64,000 nt of DNA from Candidatus Uhrbacteria bacterium (GTDB lineage Bacteria > Patescibacteriota > Patescibacteriia > UBA9934 > GWF2-40-263). The translations under genes and the position numbers were made by a program. The notes under the pieces were generated by a model. The model was not told the origin of the DNA and searched no databases. It worked only from the letters and a program-made list of their open reading frames with translations. Location: NCBI GenBank assembly GCA_016844925.1, contig JAERTI010000035.1, positions 4,949-68,948 of the forward strand, in the 5' to 3' direction. Each line of letters opens with the position of its first letter. Within the stretch, counting starts at the first letter, position 1. Below are positions 27,345 through 36,380 of this stretch, piece by piece.

Positions 27345-29477
27345 ATGCTCCGTCGACTCCATGCTACCATCTTTGCAGTGCTGTTCCTAGCGCTTTTTGT
27401 GGCCAACACCTTCCTCATTGGGAGCGTGTTTTTTGGTGGTGTTTTGCTCGCTTTGTACCTAGGAGCGTTTGGCTGGGAGCTTGGCGGCATCATCACAAAG
27501 AGCGAAAAGGCTGTTCTGCGGTGGTGGCTTGGAATCTGGGTGCTCTTGAGTATTCTCCTAACGGTTTTGACTGCCAGCTACTACCTTTGGGCGATTACCG
27601 CCACAATGGTGCATATTGTCATCCTGCTCACACCCCCTATTCTGCTCGTTGCCGCACGTAAAACAGCTCACCGATCGCTCTTTGCCCATGCTCACAATCT
27701 CTGGAAAGAAAAGCGTCACCGTGTTCCTAATACGGTCTGGATCGTGGCCGCGGGGTCACTCCTACTCCTGAGCCTCCTGTTCTCCGTCTTGGGCGCCCAC
27801 CCTGTCACAGATGCGGTCCGCTCCGTCTGGGAACGACTCCCTGAGAGTGTCTTCCTTCTCCTGTTGTTATCGACAGCACTCGTCTTCGCCTTGCTCTGGC
27901 GCGGACGAGAACGCGCACTCTCGCTCGTCTTGCTCTCAGTACTGCTGTTTGCTGCCATCAGCGTCGCGGCGATTGTCTTCCCGCTGGGTTTTGGATTCGA
28001 CTCGTTCATCCACAAAGCAACCGAGGCCCACTTGGCGGAGTTCGGTACCATCACCCCTAAGCCTTTCTACTACATTGGTCAGTACGCTCTGGTCCTGCTC
28101 GCCCATCACGGCTTTTTGATTCCCATCGATCTTGCCGATACATTTCTTGTCCCCGTCCTGACAGCCCTGCTACTCCCCATGGCTTGGTACTTTGCTGCGG
28201 CACACATCGTCCGCAAAAAGTCCGTCGCCATGCTCACGCTCTCAGGCATGTTCCTACTCCCGCTCTCAAGCTTTATCGTGACTACCCCTCAAGGCCTGGC
28301 AAACCTCTGGACGCTCCTGCTCATCCTCGCGTCGATTCCCTACCTGCTTGAACACGAGCACCCACGCCTGCGCGTGCTCGCCCTCGGCGCCATTGCCACG
28401 CTCTTGATCCACCCCATCGCCGGCATTCCAACCCTCCTCTATTTCATGTTCCTGGCGACAGATCCTTCGCGCACAAATCCCCGCACCCCCACAACCAATC
28501 GCATTGTCCGCATTCTGCTCATTAGCTTCGCTTCCATCGTGCTCCCACTGAGCTTTGCCGTGAACGCCTTCATCAGCGGACAGTCGCTCGGTATTGATCT
28601 GGCTGCCCTCAACCCCCTCACCTGGTTTTCTAACCTGAACCTGACCGTCTTTTTCGAGAGTCGATTCGATCCACTCCTAGACATCGTCTACCTCTACGGC
28701 CTCAACGCCATGCTCGTCCTTGTTATCTTGGCGACCTTTGCTTGGTTTGAGTACCGCAAAGAACTCTCACGACGCTTCCGCGCCATCCTCCTGATGGTCA
28801 TGGCACTTGCCATCAACTACTTCATCATGTCAGGTGCGCTCGAGTTCACCTTTCTCATCGATTACGAGCGCGCCAACTACGCAGCACGCCTTCTCCCTCT
28901 CATAGGGCTCTTCCTGACCCCATACGTCATCCTCGGCCTGGGTCACCTGTTCATGAACATCAAAACCCAACCCGTCATCCTCCGCGGCGGAGCACTCGTC
29001 CTCCTCGTCGCGATCGCCACATCCAGCGTCTACATGGCCTATCCCCGACGTGATGCCTATGAGACCAGTCGAGGATTTAACGTGAGCCAAGCAGACATCG
29101 ATGCCGTGCACCTCGTTGAGAGCCTCGCAGGTCCGCAGCCGTACCTCGCTCTGGCGAACCAGTCCGTGAGCGCGGCGGCGATTTCCGAGATTGGCTTCCA
29201 GTATTTCGAGGATCTCTTCTTCTACCCCATCCCTACCGGCGGCGCTCTCTACGAGGTCTTCCTACAAATGAACGAACAACCCTCTCGTGAAACCGCCAAG
29301 CAAGCCCTTAATCTCGTGCCACAGCACGGCGATGTAAACCGACTCTACTTCCTGGTCAACAACTACTGGTGGCAAGCCCCTCGCATCATCGAGACCGCGA
29401 AGACCACAGCCGACGACTGGCGCTCCGTGGGCGAAGAGGGGCAGGTGTACGTGTTTGAGTATCTATTCGACTATTAA
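27345..29477 (+). CDS. Large polytopic membrane protein (~710 aa), paralog of 56059-58125; possible GT-C/YfhO-like transferase
   Basis: It has more than 15 TM segments. Blocks shared with 56059-58125 include GFGFDSFIHKATEAHLAEFG vs GFGFDPFIHRAAETALVHNG, and YYIGQYALVLLAHHGFLIPID vs LYLGQYALIAGLNLLTGIPV. The C-terminal soluble domains also match (YWWQAPRIIETAK..VYVFEY vs DNWPEAGRIRAQ..VVIYEY). Confidence 0.55.
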   Translation: MLRRLHATIFAVLFLALFVANTFLIGSVFFGGVLLALYLGAFGWELGGIITKSEKAVLRWWLGIWVLLSILLTVLTASYYLWAITATMVHIVILLTPPILLVAARKTAHRSLFAHAHNLWKEKRHRVPNTVWIVAAGSLLLLSLLFSVLGAHPVTDAVRSVWERLPESVFLLLLLSTALVFALLWRGRERALSLVLLSVLLFAAISVAAIVFPLGFGFDSFIHKATEAHLAEFGTITPKPFYYIGQYALVLLAHHGFLIPIDLADTFLVPVLTALLLPMAWYFAAAHIVRKKSVAMLTLSGMFLLPLSSFIVTTPQGLANLWTLLLILASIPYLLEHEHPRLRVLALGAIATLLIHPIAGIPTLLYFMFLATDPSRTNPRTPTTNRIVRILLISFASIVLPLSFAVNAFISGQSLGIDLAALNPLTWFSNLNLTVFFESRFDPLLDIVYLYGLNAMLVLVILATFAWFEYRKELSRRFRAILLMVMALAINYFIMSGALEFTFLIDYERANYAARLLPLIGLFLTPYVILGLGHLFMNIKTQPVILRGGALVLLVAIATSSVYMAYPRRDAYETSRGFNVSQADIDAVHLVESLAGPQPYLALANQSVSAAAISEIGFQYFEDLFFYPIPTGGALYEVFLQMNEQPSRETAKQALNLVPQHGDVNRLYFLVNNYWWQAPRIIETAKTTADDWRSVGEEGQVYVFEYLFDY

Positions 29478-29479
29478 CA

Positions 29480-29540
29480 AACGACCTTAAGAGCAAGGTC
29501 GTTTTTTGTATCCAAGAAAAAAGACGCTCGATGAGCGTCA
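29480..29540. terminator. Back-to-back terminators between convergent 27345-29477 (+) and 29573-30346 (-)
   Basis: The plus-strand hairpin acgacctt..aaggtcgt plus T6 is at 29481-29507. The minus-strand hairpin gacgctc-atc-gagcgtc plus T6 is at 29515-29540. Confidence 0.6.
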
Positions 29541-29572
29541 GGGTGTTCACCCTCGTGTTGTTCGTTTGAACT

Positions 29573-30346
29573 TCAGCCAGCCACCAGCGTCGGCTCGATG
29601 CCGCGCCGGGAAAACCACTGCGTCCGCTCGGCGTAGAGCGTGAGCAGGAGGTTCATGGGGCTGATGCCGCCGGTCTCCCAGGCCTGGGTGAAGGCATCAG
29701 ACACCGGGGCGGTCTCTCCGGTCAAGATGGCGTGCGGACGCCCGGCTCCGACGATGGAACCTGTGGTCAAACGCTCACCACCTCGAATCAGATCGATCAG
29801 ACGCTTCTGCCCAACCGGACCACCCTCGTCCCAGTGCCGCAGCAGCGACGTCACCCAGAAGTTGGGGTCCAGAAGGGTCCTGTCGAGCTCCGTCTCATCG
29901 AACTCACAGAGGAAGAACGACGCGCGCACGAGACAGGCTCCGCCCATCCGCGCTCGCGTGAAGTTGCTGCGCTTGATGCGCGCCTTCCACAGCACGGCGG
30001 AGCTGAGATCCGCACCCACGAAGGACACATCTCGATTCACCACCACGCCGGACAGGTTGGCTTCGGATAGATCCGCGCCATCGAAGCGTGCGTCCATCAT
30101 CTGGGCACCTGACAAATCGATCCCCGCGAGATTGGATCCATGCAGGTTCGTTCCCATCAACGACACACCTCGCATCTGCGCCCCGTCGAAGTCGAACCCG
30201 TGCAGGTCCATCTCGTCGAGGTTCACGCCGTCTAGGTTTCCTCGAACCCGAAGCTCCTCAGGCTTCCTTCCCTTTCCGTTGTTCGTACGCCACTCCACCA
30301 AGACCTCAGGCCCAGCCGAAATGGCACTCATAGCACTCAAATGCAT
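29573..30346 (-). CDS. Pentapeptide-repeat protein (MfpA/Qnr-like right-handed quadrilateral beta-helix), high-GC foreign-type
   Basis: The gene was trimmed to the ATG at 30344-30346 (MHLSAMSAIS), with an aaaggaga SD 6 nt upstream. It carries tandem A(D/N)LxG pentapeptides (NLDGVNLDEMDLHGFDFDGAQMRGVSLMGTNLHGSNLAGIDLSGAQMMDARFDGADLSEANLSG). GC3 is saturated. Confidence 0.7.
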   Translation of the reverse strand: MHLSAMSAISAGPEVLVEWRTNNGKGRKPEELRVRGNLDGVNLDEMDLHGFDFDGAQMRGVSLMGTNLHGSNLAGIDLSGAQMMDARFDGADLSEANLSGVVVNRDVSFVGADLSSAVLWKARIKRSNFTRARMGGACLVRASFFLCEFDETELDRTLLDPNFWVTSLLRHWDEGGPVGQKRLIDLIRGGERLTTGSIVGAGRPHAILTGETAPVSDAFTQAWETGGISPMNLLLTLYAERTQWFSRRGIEPTLVAG

Positions 30347-30471
30347 GCGAATGTCTCCTTTACAGACCTTCGCCAAACCAAGTGCGTCCCCACGGCAAGA
30401 CTAGAGAACGGGGGTTAAAAAGTCAAAAGAAAAGAGAGACTCGTGGAGTCTCTCGACCGAGGCAGGCTCGG

Positions 30472-32272
30472 TCAGTCGCGAATGGTGAGCTCGCTTTGCA
30501 GACGCTCGAGCTCGGTGAAGAGCGGACTGCCTACACGTAGTTCGTCACGTGTTCCTTGTGCCACCACACGCCCCTCGTCCATCACCACGATGTGGTCGGC
30601 GCGCTGGATGGTGGAAAACCGGTGAGCAATGACGATCGTCGTGCGCCCCTGACGAAGCTCCTCAAGCGCGGCTTGAATCCGCGCCTCGGAAATGACGTCT
30701 AGGTTGCTGGTTGCCTCATCGAAGATGAGCAGGCGTGGATCCCGCAGGATCGCACGAGCGATGCCGATGCGCTGACGCTCCCCTCCAGAGAGGTCAAGGC
30801 CCTTCTCACCGACAATGGTGTCGTACCCATCAGGCTTGCGCTCGATGAACTCGTGCGCGCCAGCCAGATCGGCGGCAGCGCGGATCTCTGCCTCGCTCGC
30901 ATCCGGACGCCCGTAGGCGATGTTGTCTCGGATGGAGATGGAGAAGAGCTCCACATTCTGCGGCACGATGCCGATCTGACGCCGCCAGTCCTCGAGGTTG
31001 AGAACCCTCAGATCGTCTCCGTCGACCTCAATGGCGCCGCTGTGAACATCGTAACCACGCAGCAAAAGCGTCACGAGGGTGGACTTCCCCGATCCGGAGG
31101 GTCCAACAAGTGCCACCATCTCTCCAGAGTGAGCCGTGAAGCTCACATCCTTCACACCCGTTCCGTTGCCGTCGTAGGAGAACGATACTTGATCGAAGAC
31201 GACATCACCCTCCAACCTATCCATCCTGATCGCTGTGGGGAGCGATACCACCTCGGGCTGCTTGTCCAGCAGGTCCATGAGGTGCATGAGTGCTTCCTGG
31301 TTGCGCCCCAGCTCCATCCACTCTCGTGTCACAGTGCGACACGAACGAATGAGCCGGTCGTTCAGCTGCAGGAGCATCACCATGGTTCCCAGGGTGAGGG
31401 TGTTTGCCTCAAGGCCCCAGAGCCCGATCAAGATCACCAACGCTCCTGAGATGTTGGCCATCCCGTCACGGAGATATCCCCCAAGCATGACGCGTGCCCA
31501 CTGCACCCACTCCACCGATCGAATCTTCGCAAGAATCTCCGAAATGCGGCCACGCTCGTGTTGCTCGCGACCGAACGCTTGGACCGTTGCGATGTTGCCG
31601 AGCGCCTCGTACCCAATGGTGCTTGACCGTTGGTAGAGCTTTTCCATTCTCTGCCGGTAGGCTTTCAGCGACCTGAAGTCGTAGGCAACCCACACGCCGG
31701 TGATCACCCCTAGGACCAAACTCAGCACCCCGACACGCCACTCAAGGATCAGAAGAGCAACTGAGAAGACAGGGATGGTGAGCACCTCAGGAAGAAGCCT
31801 ACCAAACACGCGGTCGGTTAGCTGACTCGCGGCGTTCACACCACGGTCGATCTTGGTGATCTGCTTGCTGGTGTTCTCCTGGACGTGGTGCCCGATGGAG
31901 AGCTTGAGCAAGTGACTCATGGTGAGCACTGGCATGCGCTCGCTCATGAGCAAGTACAGCCGGAGCCAGGTTCGCTGGTTGAGTACTCCCACCGTGCTGG
32001 AGGCGACCTCCACCAACACTTTGGCCAGCAAGATGACACCAGCGAGCCACCACATGGTGTTCGTCTCCGGCATCCATCCGCGAAGAGCCTCGACGGTCTT
32101 GACCTCAGCTCCCATCTGCGGCATGCCCCAGACGTTGATGAGGTCGAAGACCAGCTTGTTGATGTACGGGGCGGCGAGCCCCATCACGGTCACCATAGCC
32201 ATCAGGCCCATGGACCAGATGATGTCACGTTTGAAAGGACGAATGAGCGCCCAGTACCTTCTCCAGAAGTTC
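30472..32272 (-). CDS. ABC transporter, fused permease-ATPase exporter (MsbA/MDR type), high-GC foreign-type
   Basis: The ATG is at 32270-32272, preceded by ggagg. A 6-TM domain is followed by an NBD with Walker A GPSGSGKST, the signature LSGGERQRIGIARA and Walker B LLIFDEATSNLD. GC3 is saturated. Confidence 0.85.
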
Positions 32273-32331
32273 ATGTCGACCTCCAATTTGTTCTAGGCGA
32301 ACGCAGGAAAGTACCTAATTTTGGGGATTTT

Positions 32332-32365
32332 GTCAATCCAAAAACCGAGCGTTCGCTCGGTTTTT
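32332..32365 (-). repeat. Terminator-promoter junction module, variant C (GTCAATCCAAAAACCGAGCGTTCGCTCGGTTTTT)
   Basis: It is a near-copy of 20469-20501. On the minus strand the hairpin AAAAACCGAGCGAACGCTCGGTTTTT is followed by GGATTGACA (-35 TTGACA). After 17 nt comes TACTTT (-10-like), then GGAGG and the ATG of the ABC exporter. Confidence 0.6.
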
Positions 32366-32367
32366 CT

Positions 32368-33570
32368 TTAGATGATCGTTTTAATCTGCTCTTCCAACTG
32401 ATCGACGTAACGCTTGATCGAATATTGCTCAGCCTGAGCACGGATCTTCTGAGTCATTGACCACCAGGCATCGCGTCTATTGTGACAGCGGAGCATGCCA
32501 TCAGCCAATTGCTTTACGTCTCCCGGCTCAACGAGCCATCCTGTCTTTCTGTCTTCGATGAGCTCTGGGATGCCACCAATCTTCGAAGCAATAACAGGCA
32601 CACCTATGAGGAAAGACTCGTAGATGACCGTTGGCGAATTCTCGTAACACGTCGATGGCACAACCACGGCATCACTTGCCCGCAGAAGGTTTACCAAGTG
32701 ATTCAATGAAACGAAACCGTGATGCTTGATGCGACGATCTCGCTCGGCGCGCTGGATAACGTAGTCGCTGAGCGCACCCTCCCCGGCCACATGAAGTTCC
32801 ACGTTCTCTGGAAGCTGCTCGAGAGCATCGAACAGCTCCATAATACCCTTGTGCTTTTCAAGCTGACCGATGTAGAGGAAACGCGTCGGACCATCAACAC
32901 GCTCCCCACGTGGGTTGATCTTCCCTGCCGGAAGCGGGTTGGGTAGAACTTTTACCGGTCCCCCAGTCATCATCCCTCGCTTTTGATAAAACGTCGCAAG
33001 AAACTTCGAGGGAGAAATCACTAAATCTGGACGGCCTATTTGTGATGTGACCGCTCGCTCATACCACGTGCGAAGAAACGATGTGTTGAGCCATGATCCC
33101 TCATGACCGGCAATCAGCAGGCCGCTGGGCACACTTAGCTGAACATCGTGGAGCGTATGCACATGGGGAACTCCTTGTTTTTGGATTTCACTCCCAATTG
33201 ATACACCAATGCCTTTCAAGTTATGTGTGAGAATCACATCCGGCTCCTCATCTTGAATCACGTGACGAATGGCTCGGCGTGCAAAGGGATTGAATAGGTC
33301 AACGAGGTGCCAGAGTGCACGAATAGGAAACGCAATGGCATGATCACTTCGAAGATAATAAAAATTCAATGGAAAAAATCTGTAGACGGCTCCAAGGGTT
33401 CGTTCGCGAATAGCTGGAAACAGTGTGCGTAATCCATCGTAAGGCTGTGTGCTGAGAACAAAAACATCATGTCCACGAATATACAATTCATCCGCGATTC
33501 TCTGAGCCACCAACTCGGCACCTCCACGAGCGTCTGGTGGGTACAAATTTGAAACAATGCCGATCTTCAT
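32368..33570 (-). CDS. Glycosyltransferase family 4 (GT4, GT-B fold)
   Basis: The gene was trimmed to MKIGIVSNLYPP. It has GGAE near the N-terminus and a C-terminal EX7E-type region (ENSPTVIYESFLIGVPVIASKIGGIPELIE). Confidence 0.8.
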   Translation of the reverse strand: MKIGIVSNLYPPDARGGAELVAQRIADELYIRGHDVFVLSTQPYDGLRTLFPAIRERTLGAVYRFFPLNFYYLRSDHAIAFPIRALWHLVDLFNPFARRAIRHVIQDEEPDVILTHNLKGIGVSIGSEIQKQGVPHVHTLHDVQLSVPSGLLIAGHEGSWLNTSFLRTWYERAVTSQIGRPDLVISPSKFLATFYQKRGMMTGGPVKVLPNPLPAGKINPRGERVDGPTRFLYIGQLEKHKGIMELFDALEQLPENVELHVAGEGALSDYVIQRAERDRRIKHHGFVSLNHLVNLLRASDAVVVPSTCYENSPTVIYESFLIGVPVIASKIGGIPELIEDRKTGWLVEPGDVKQLADGMLRCHNRRDAWWSMTQKIRAQAEQYSIKRYVDQLEEQIKTII

Positions 33571-33571
33571 A

Positions 33572-34732
33572 TTAATAGGCGCGTTTGGACTGCTGTCCAA
33601 GCACCGACTCGTACGTTTTCTCTAAACGATCCATAAGCGGACCCCAATCATAGTGTTGCTCTGCATGCGTGCGGGCGGACAACCCAAAGCGACGACGAAC
33701 CTCCGGCTGCTCAAGAAGGGTCAAAATAGCCTTACGTAGCTCGATCACATCACCAGGGGGGACGAGGAGTCCCGTATCTCCATCACGAACCACCGTGCGC
33801 ACACCAGGAAGCTCTGAGGCAATCGAAGGCGTCCCACTAGCTGCGGCCTCAGCAGCTACAAGCCCAAACGCCTCTCCTCTGCCCGTAGAGGGAAACAAGT
33901 GCATATCGGCCAGTCGATAATAACGTGGCAAATCCTCATCCGAGACATTACCAGCAAACACGACACGTGCCGAGAGCCCAAGGCGCTCCGCATTGGCCAT
34001 GTAGGTCTGCTTAAGCGAACCTTCTCCAACAACAATAAGGTGCCAAGACTTGTCCTGAATCTCTGAGAGCGCCTCAAGAAGCTCAACGAGGCCCTTGAAG
34101 TGATGTGCAGGGTCGAGACCACCGACGAAAAGCAAGACAGGCGTCTGAGCGCTCAACCCAAGCTCTTTTCGGAGCTCCACCTCTTTACCGGGCTTGAATC
34201 GGTCGATCTCAATCCCAAACGGATGCTCTTCAATCCGATCGTCTAACCCATGCTCTGCGAGCGCGGAGTGTTTTGCGTAATCCAGTGAGCTCACCAAAAT
34301 ACGATCGACACGGTTAACAAGCCACGGGAACAGGAGTCGTCGGTGCGCAGAAAAAATCGCCCCCTTGAGGCCCGGTGCTACGTTGTCCATGTGATAGGTC
34401 ATCACCAGCCCTTGATCATGACGCAATGCCTTGCGCACAATCACTGGCTCAGCACCACCATAGAACGGGTAGTGCAAATGCACGAGATCGAACCCCTTAA
34501 GACGATGAAACAACGATGGGAGTACCCCAGCGTTACCAATGTGCATGATCGATGGAATGCGATGCACGTACTTGGGATCATCTGTCACTTCTCCATCACG
34601 AATCGTAAATACATGCACGTTATAGCCGCGCTCGCGCAGACGCTCAACGTATTCAAATGCCACGCGACCCATCCCTCCCCTGTAGGGCGGATAGCTACAC
34701 ACGACGTGTGCGATTTTGAGTTGCTTATCCAT
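33572..34732 (-). CDS. Glycosyltransferase family 4 (GT4)
   Basis: The N-terminal block is PYRGGMGRVAFE. The C-terminal blocks are FPSTGRGEAFGLVAAEAAASGTPSIAS and PGVRTVVRDGDTGLLV. Confidence 0.8.
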   Translation of the reverse strand: MDKQLKIAHVVCSYPPYRGGMGRVAFEYVERLRERGYNVHVFTIRDGEVTDDPKYVHRIPSIMHIGNAGVLPSLFHRLKGFDLVHLHYPFYGGAEPVIVRKALRHDQGLVMTYHMDNVAPGLKGAIFSAHRRLLFPWLVNRVDRILVSSLDYAKHSALAEHGLDDRIEEHPFGIEIDRFKPGKEVELRKELGLSAQTPVLLFVGGLDPAHHFKGLVELLEALSEIQDKSWHLIVVGEGSLKQTYMANAERLGLSARVVFAGNVSDEDLPRYYRLADMHLFPSTGRGEAFGLVAAEAAASGTPSIASELPGVRTVVRDGDTGLLVPPGDVIELRKAILTLLEQPEVRRRFGLSARTHAEQHYDWGPLMDRLEKTYESVLGQQSKRAY

Positions 34733-34982
34733 GGAAAAATTTTGATAACCAAACTAAAAGTATAATGCCGACGACAACCAATAACTGAAACAGGACCGCC
34801 ACCCTTGCTTGACGCATGGCCTTTTTGGAATGCTCCGGATGAAGGATACGACGAATCAAATCGATCAAAGGAAAGTGTCGTCCAAAGATATGTTTGTTTA
34901 CGTGTAGCCAAATAAACACCGCACCGACCAAAACGATAATCACGCCAACGAGCTCTTCTAATTGTTGTCCAAACTCAGACAT
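34725..34982 (-). CDS. Small 2-TM membrane protein, hypothetical
   Basis: It is an 85-aa ORF with two hydrophobic helices, embedded between GT genes. Confidence 0.4.
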   Translation of the reverse strand: MSEFGQQLEELVGVIIVLVGAVFIWLHVNKHIFGRHFPLIDLIRRILHPEHSKKAMRQARVAVLFQLLVVVGIILLVWLSKFFHG

Positions 34983-34985
34983 AGA

Positions 34986-36056
34986 TTATAAAAAACGTCG
35001 AAGTAGTGACCACAGAAGCCCCATGACAGGGTTTGCCACCTTATCGACTAACGGGCTGCTCGTTGCCTGATGCTCAATCTTGGCCGTCCAGAGCGAGACG
35101 ATATCTTTATCAGTAACCGAGCGAATCGCACGACTCTCCCGTCGCTTCTTTGCCACATACTTCCAGGACCGAGGCGAGAGAAGCGAAATGTATACGAGAA
35201 ACTTCTCTTTGAACCAACCACCCTTGAGAGCAAACAACAGCAGGCCGAGTTCGGCAAGGGTCATGAGGGGCGCGAGAATAAGGAGCGAACGCCAGCTGAG
35301 GTGAGAAAAATGGACGAGCACGCGGTTGCGCTCCATCCAGTAAAACTTTTGGATGGATCGGGAGAATTCGTAGTCGTGATACGCAATCGATTCAGTCGCG
35401 AGGACATTTTTAAACCCGCTAAGACGTATGCGCCAGCCAAGCTCTAGATCTTCGTGGTAAAGAAAAAGGAACGGATCGAGCAGGCCCACTTTTCGTAACA
35501 CGGAGGCGCGGTAAAGAACGGCGGCCCCTGAGGAGTAGGCAATTTCTTGAGCTGATCCATCGCCGCTCACATGTTCACCATCCACCCAGCGTTGACCGTT
35601 GTCTTTTACAAAGCCAAACCCGAGGAAATGCACCATGCCGCCGGTGGCGTTGATGATCTCTGGCTGGTGCCAGAGCATGATGCGAGATTGAACAGATCCG
35701 ACTGAGGCATCACTTTCAGCAACCTTCACCGCTTCCATGATGGCATCGGGGTGGAGCTTGGCATCGCCGTTGAGGAGGTAGACGTAATCAAACCCACCCA
35801 GCAGCGCATGGTTCATACCAAGATTATTCCCCTCAGCGAATCCTAGATTTGTCTCACTTGGAAAAAACGTGATCCCCTCTTGGGTGCGTAACCACTCTGC
35901 ACTTCCATCTTTTGAATCATTGTCTACGGCAATAATCTCCAACTTCGCTTCTGGATAATTCAACTGACGCAAAGACGAAAATACCTCGTCGAGGTATTTT
36001 TTTCCGTTATAAGAAAGATAAACAATGGCGACGCGAGGGAGCATGTTAGTTGTCAT
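34986..36056 (-). CDS. Glycosyltransferase family 2 (GT2, GT-A fold)
   Basis: AIVYLSYNG is followed by a DxD region (IIAVDNDSKDGS) and a YSSGAAVLYR / HEDLE-like acceptor region. The start is an ATG at 36056 or 36044. It abuts the stop of the upstream DUF2304 gene. Confidence 0.75.
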   Translation of the reverse strand: MTTNMLPRVAIVYLSYNGKKYLDEVFSSLRQLNYPEAKLEIIAVDNDSKDGSAEWLRTQEGITFFPSETNLGFAEGNNLGMNHALLGGFDYVYLLNGDAKLHPDAIMEAVKVAESDASVGSVQSRIMLWHQPEIINATGGMVHFLGFGFVKDNGQRWVDGEHVSGDGSAQEIAYSSGAAVLYRASVLRKVGLLDPFLFLYHEDLELGWRIRLSGFKNVLATESIAYHDYEFSRSIQKFYWMERNRVLVHFSHLSWRSLLILAPLMTLAELGLLLFALKGGWFKEKFLVYISLLSPRSWKYVAKKRRESRAIRSVTDKDIVSLWTAKIEHQATSSPLVDKVANPVMGLLWSLLRRFL

Positions 36057-36378
36057 CAAGTTCATCAAGAGAAAGTTTGCGCACGAGCTTCGTGATCTCA
36101 TGCTCAGTCTTCTCGATTTTTACATACGTGCGGAATACCAGGTAGAACAACGCGAGCAGCGAGAGATAGATGACCGCATCGGCCCCACGCCCCACGCCCA
36201 CAAGTCGTGCAACCGTATCTGTCGTCTGTGGAAGCAAGGCAACCGTACCGGCAGCGAGCCAAAATAGGATCCAAAAAAGGAGCCACGCAATGGTGAGCGC
36301 CCCCTTCTTAAACTGCCAGATCGTGCGTGAGATGGCGAAAAGCGCAAAGACGACAATCAGTATCTGTATGACGGTCAT
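36046..36378 (-). CDS. DUF2304-like small membrane protein (GT2-associated)
   Basis: It is a 110-aa protein with 2 TM segments. Characteristic blocks are TIWQFKKGALT..FWILFWLAAGTVALLPQTT and GVGRGADAVIYLSLLALFYLVFRTYVKIE. Confidence 0.55.
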   Translation of the reverse strand: MTVIQILIVVFALFAISRTIWQFKKGALTIAWLLFWILFWLAAGTVALLPQTTDTVARLVGVGRGADAVIYLSLLALFYLVFRTYVKIEKTEHEITKLVRKLSLDELDDN

Positions 36379-36380
36379 AA

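Noticed and set aside
29640-32460. Plus-strand ORFs inside the pentapeptide/ABC island (29640-30404, 30853-31449, 31885-32460 and others)
   Set aside because: They are antisense shadows of clearly identified minus-strand genes (pentapeptide repeats, Walker and ABC-signature motifs).
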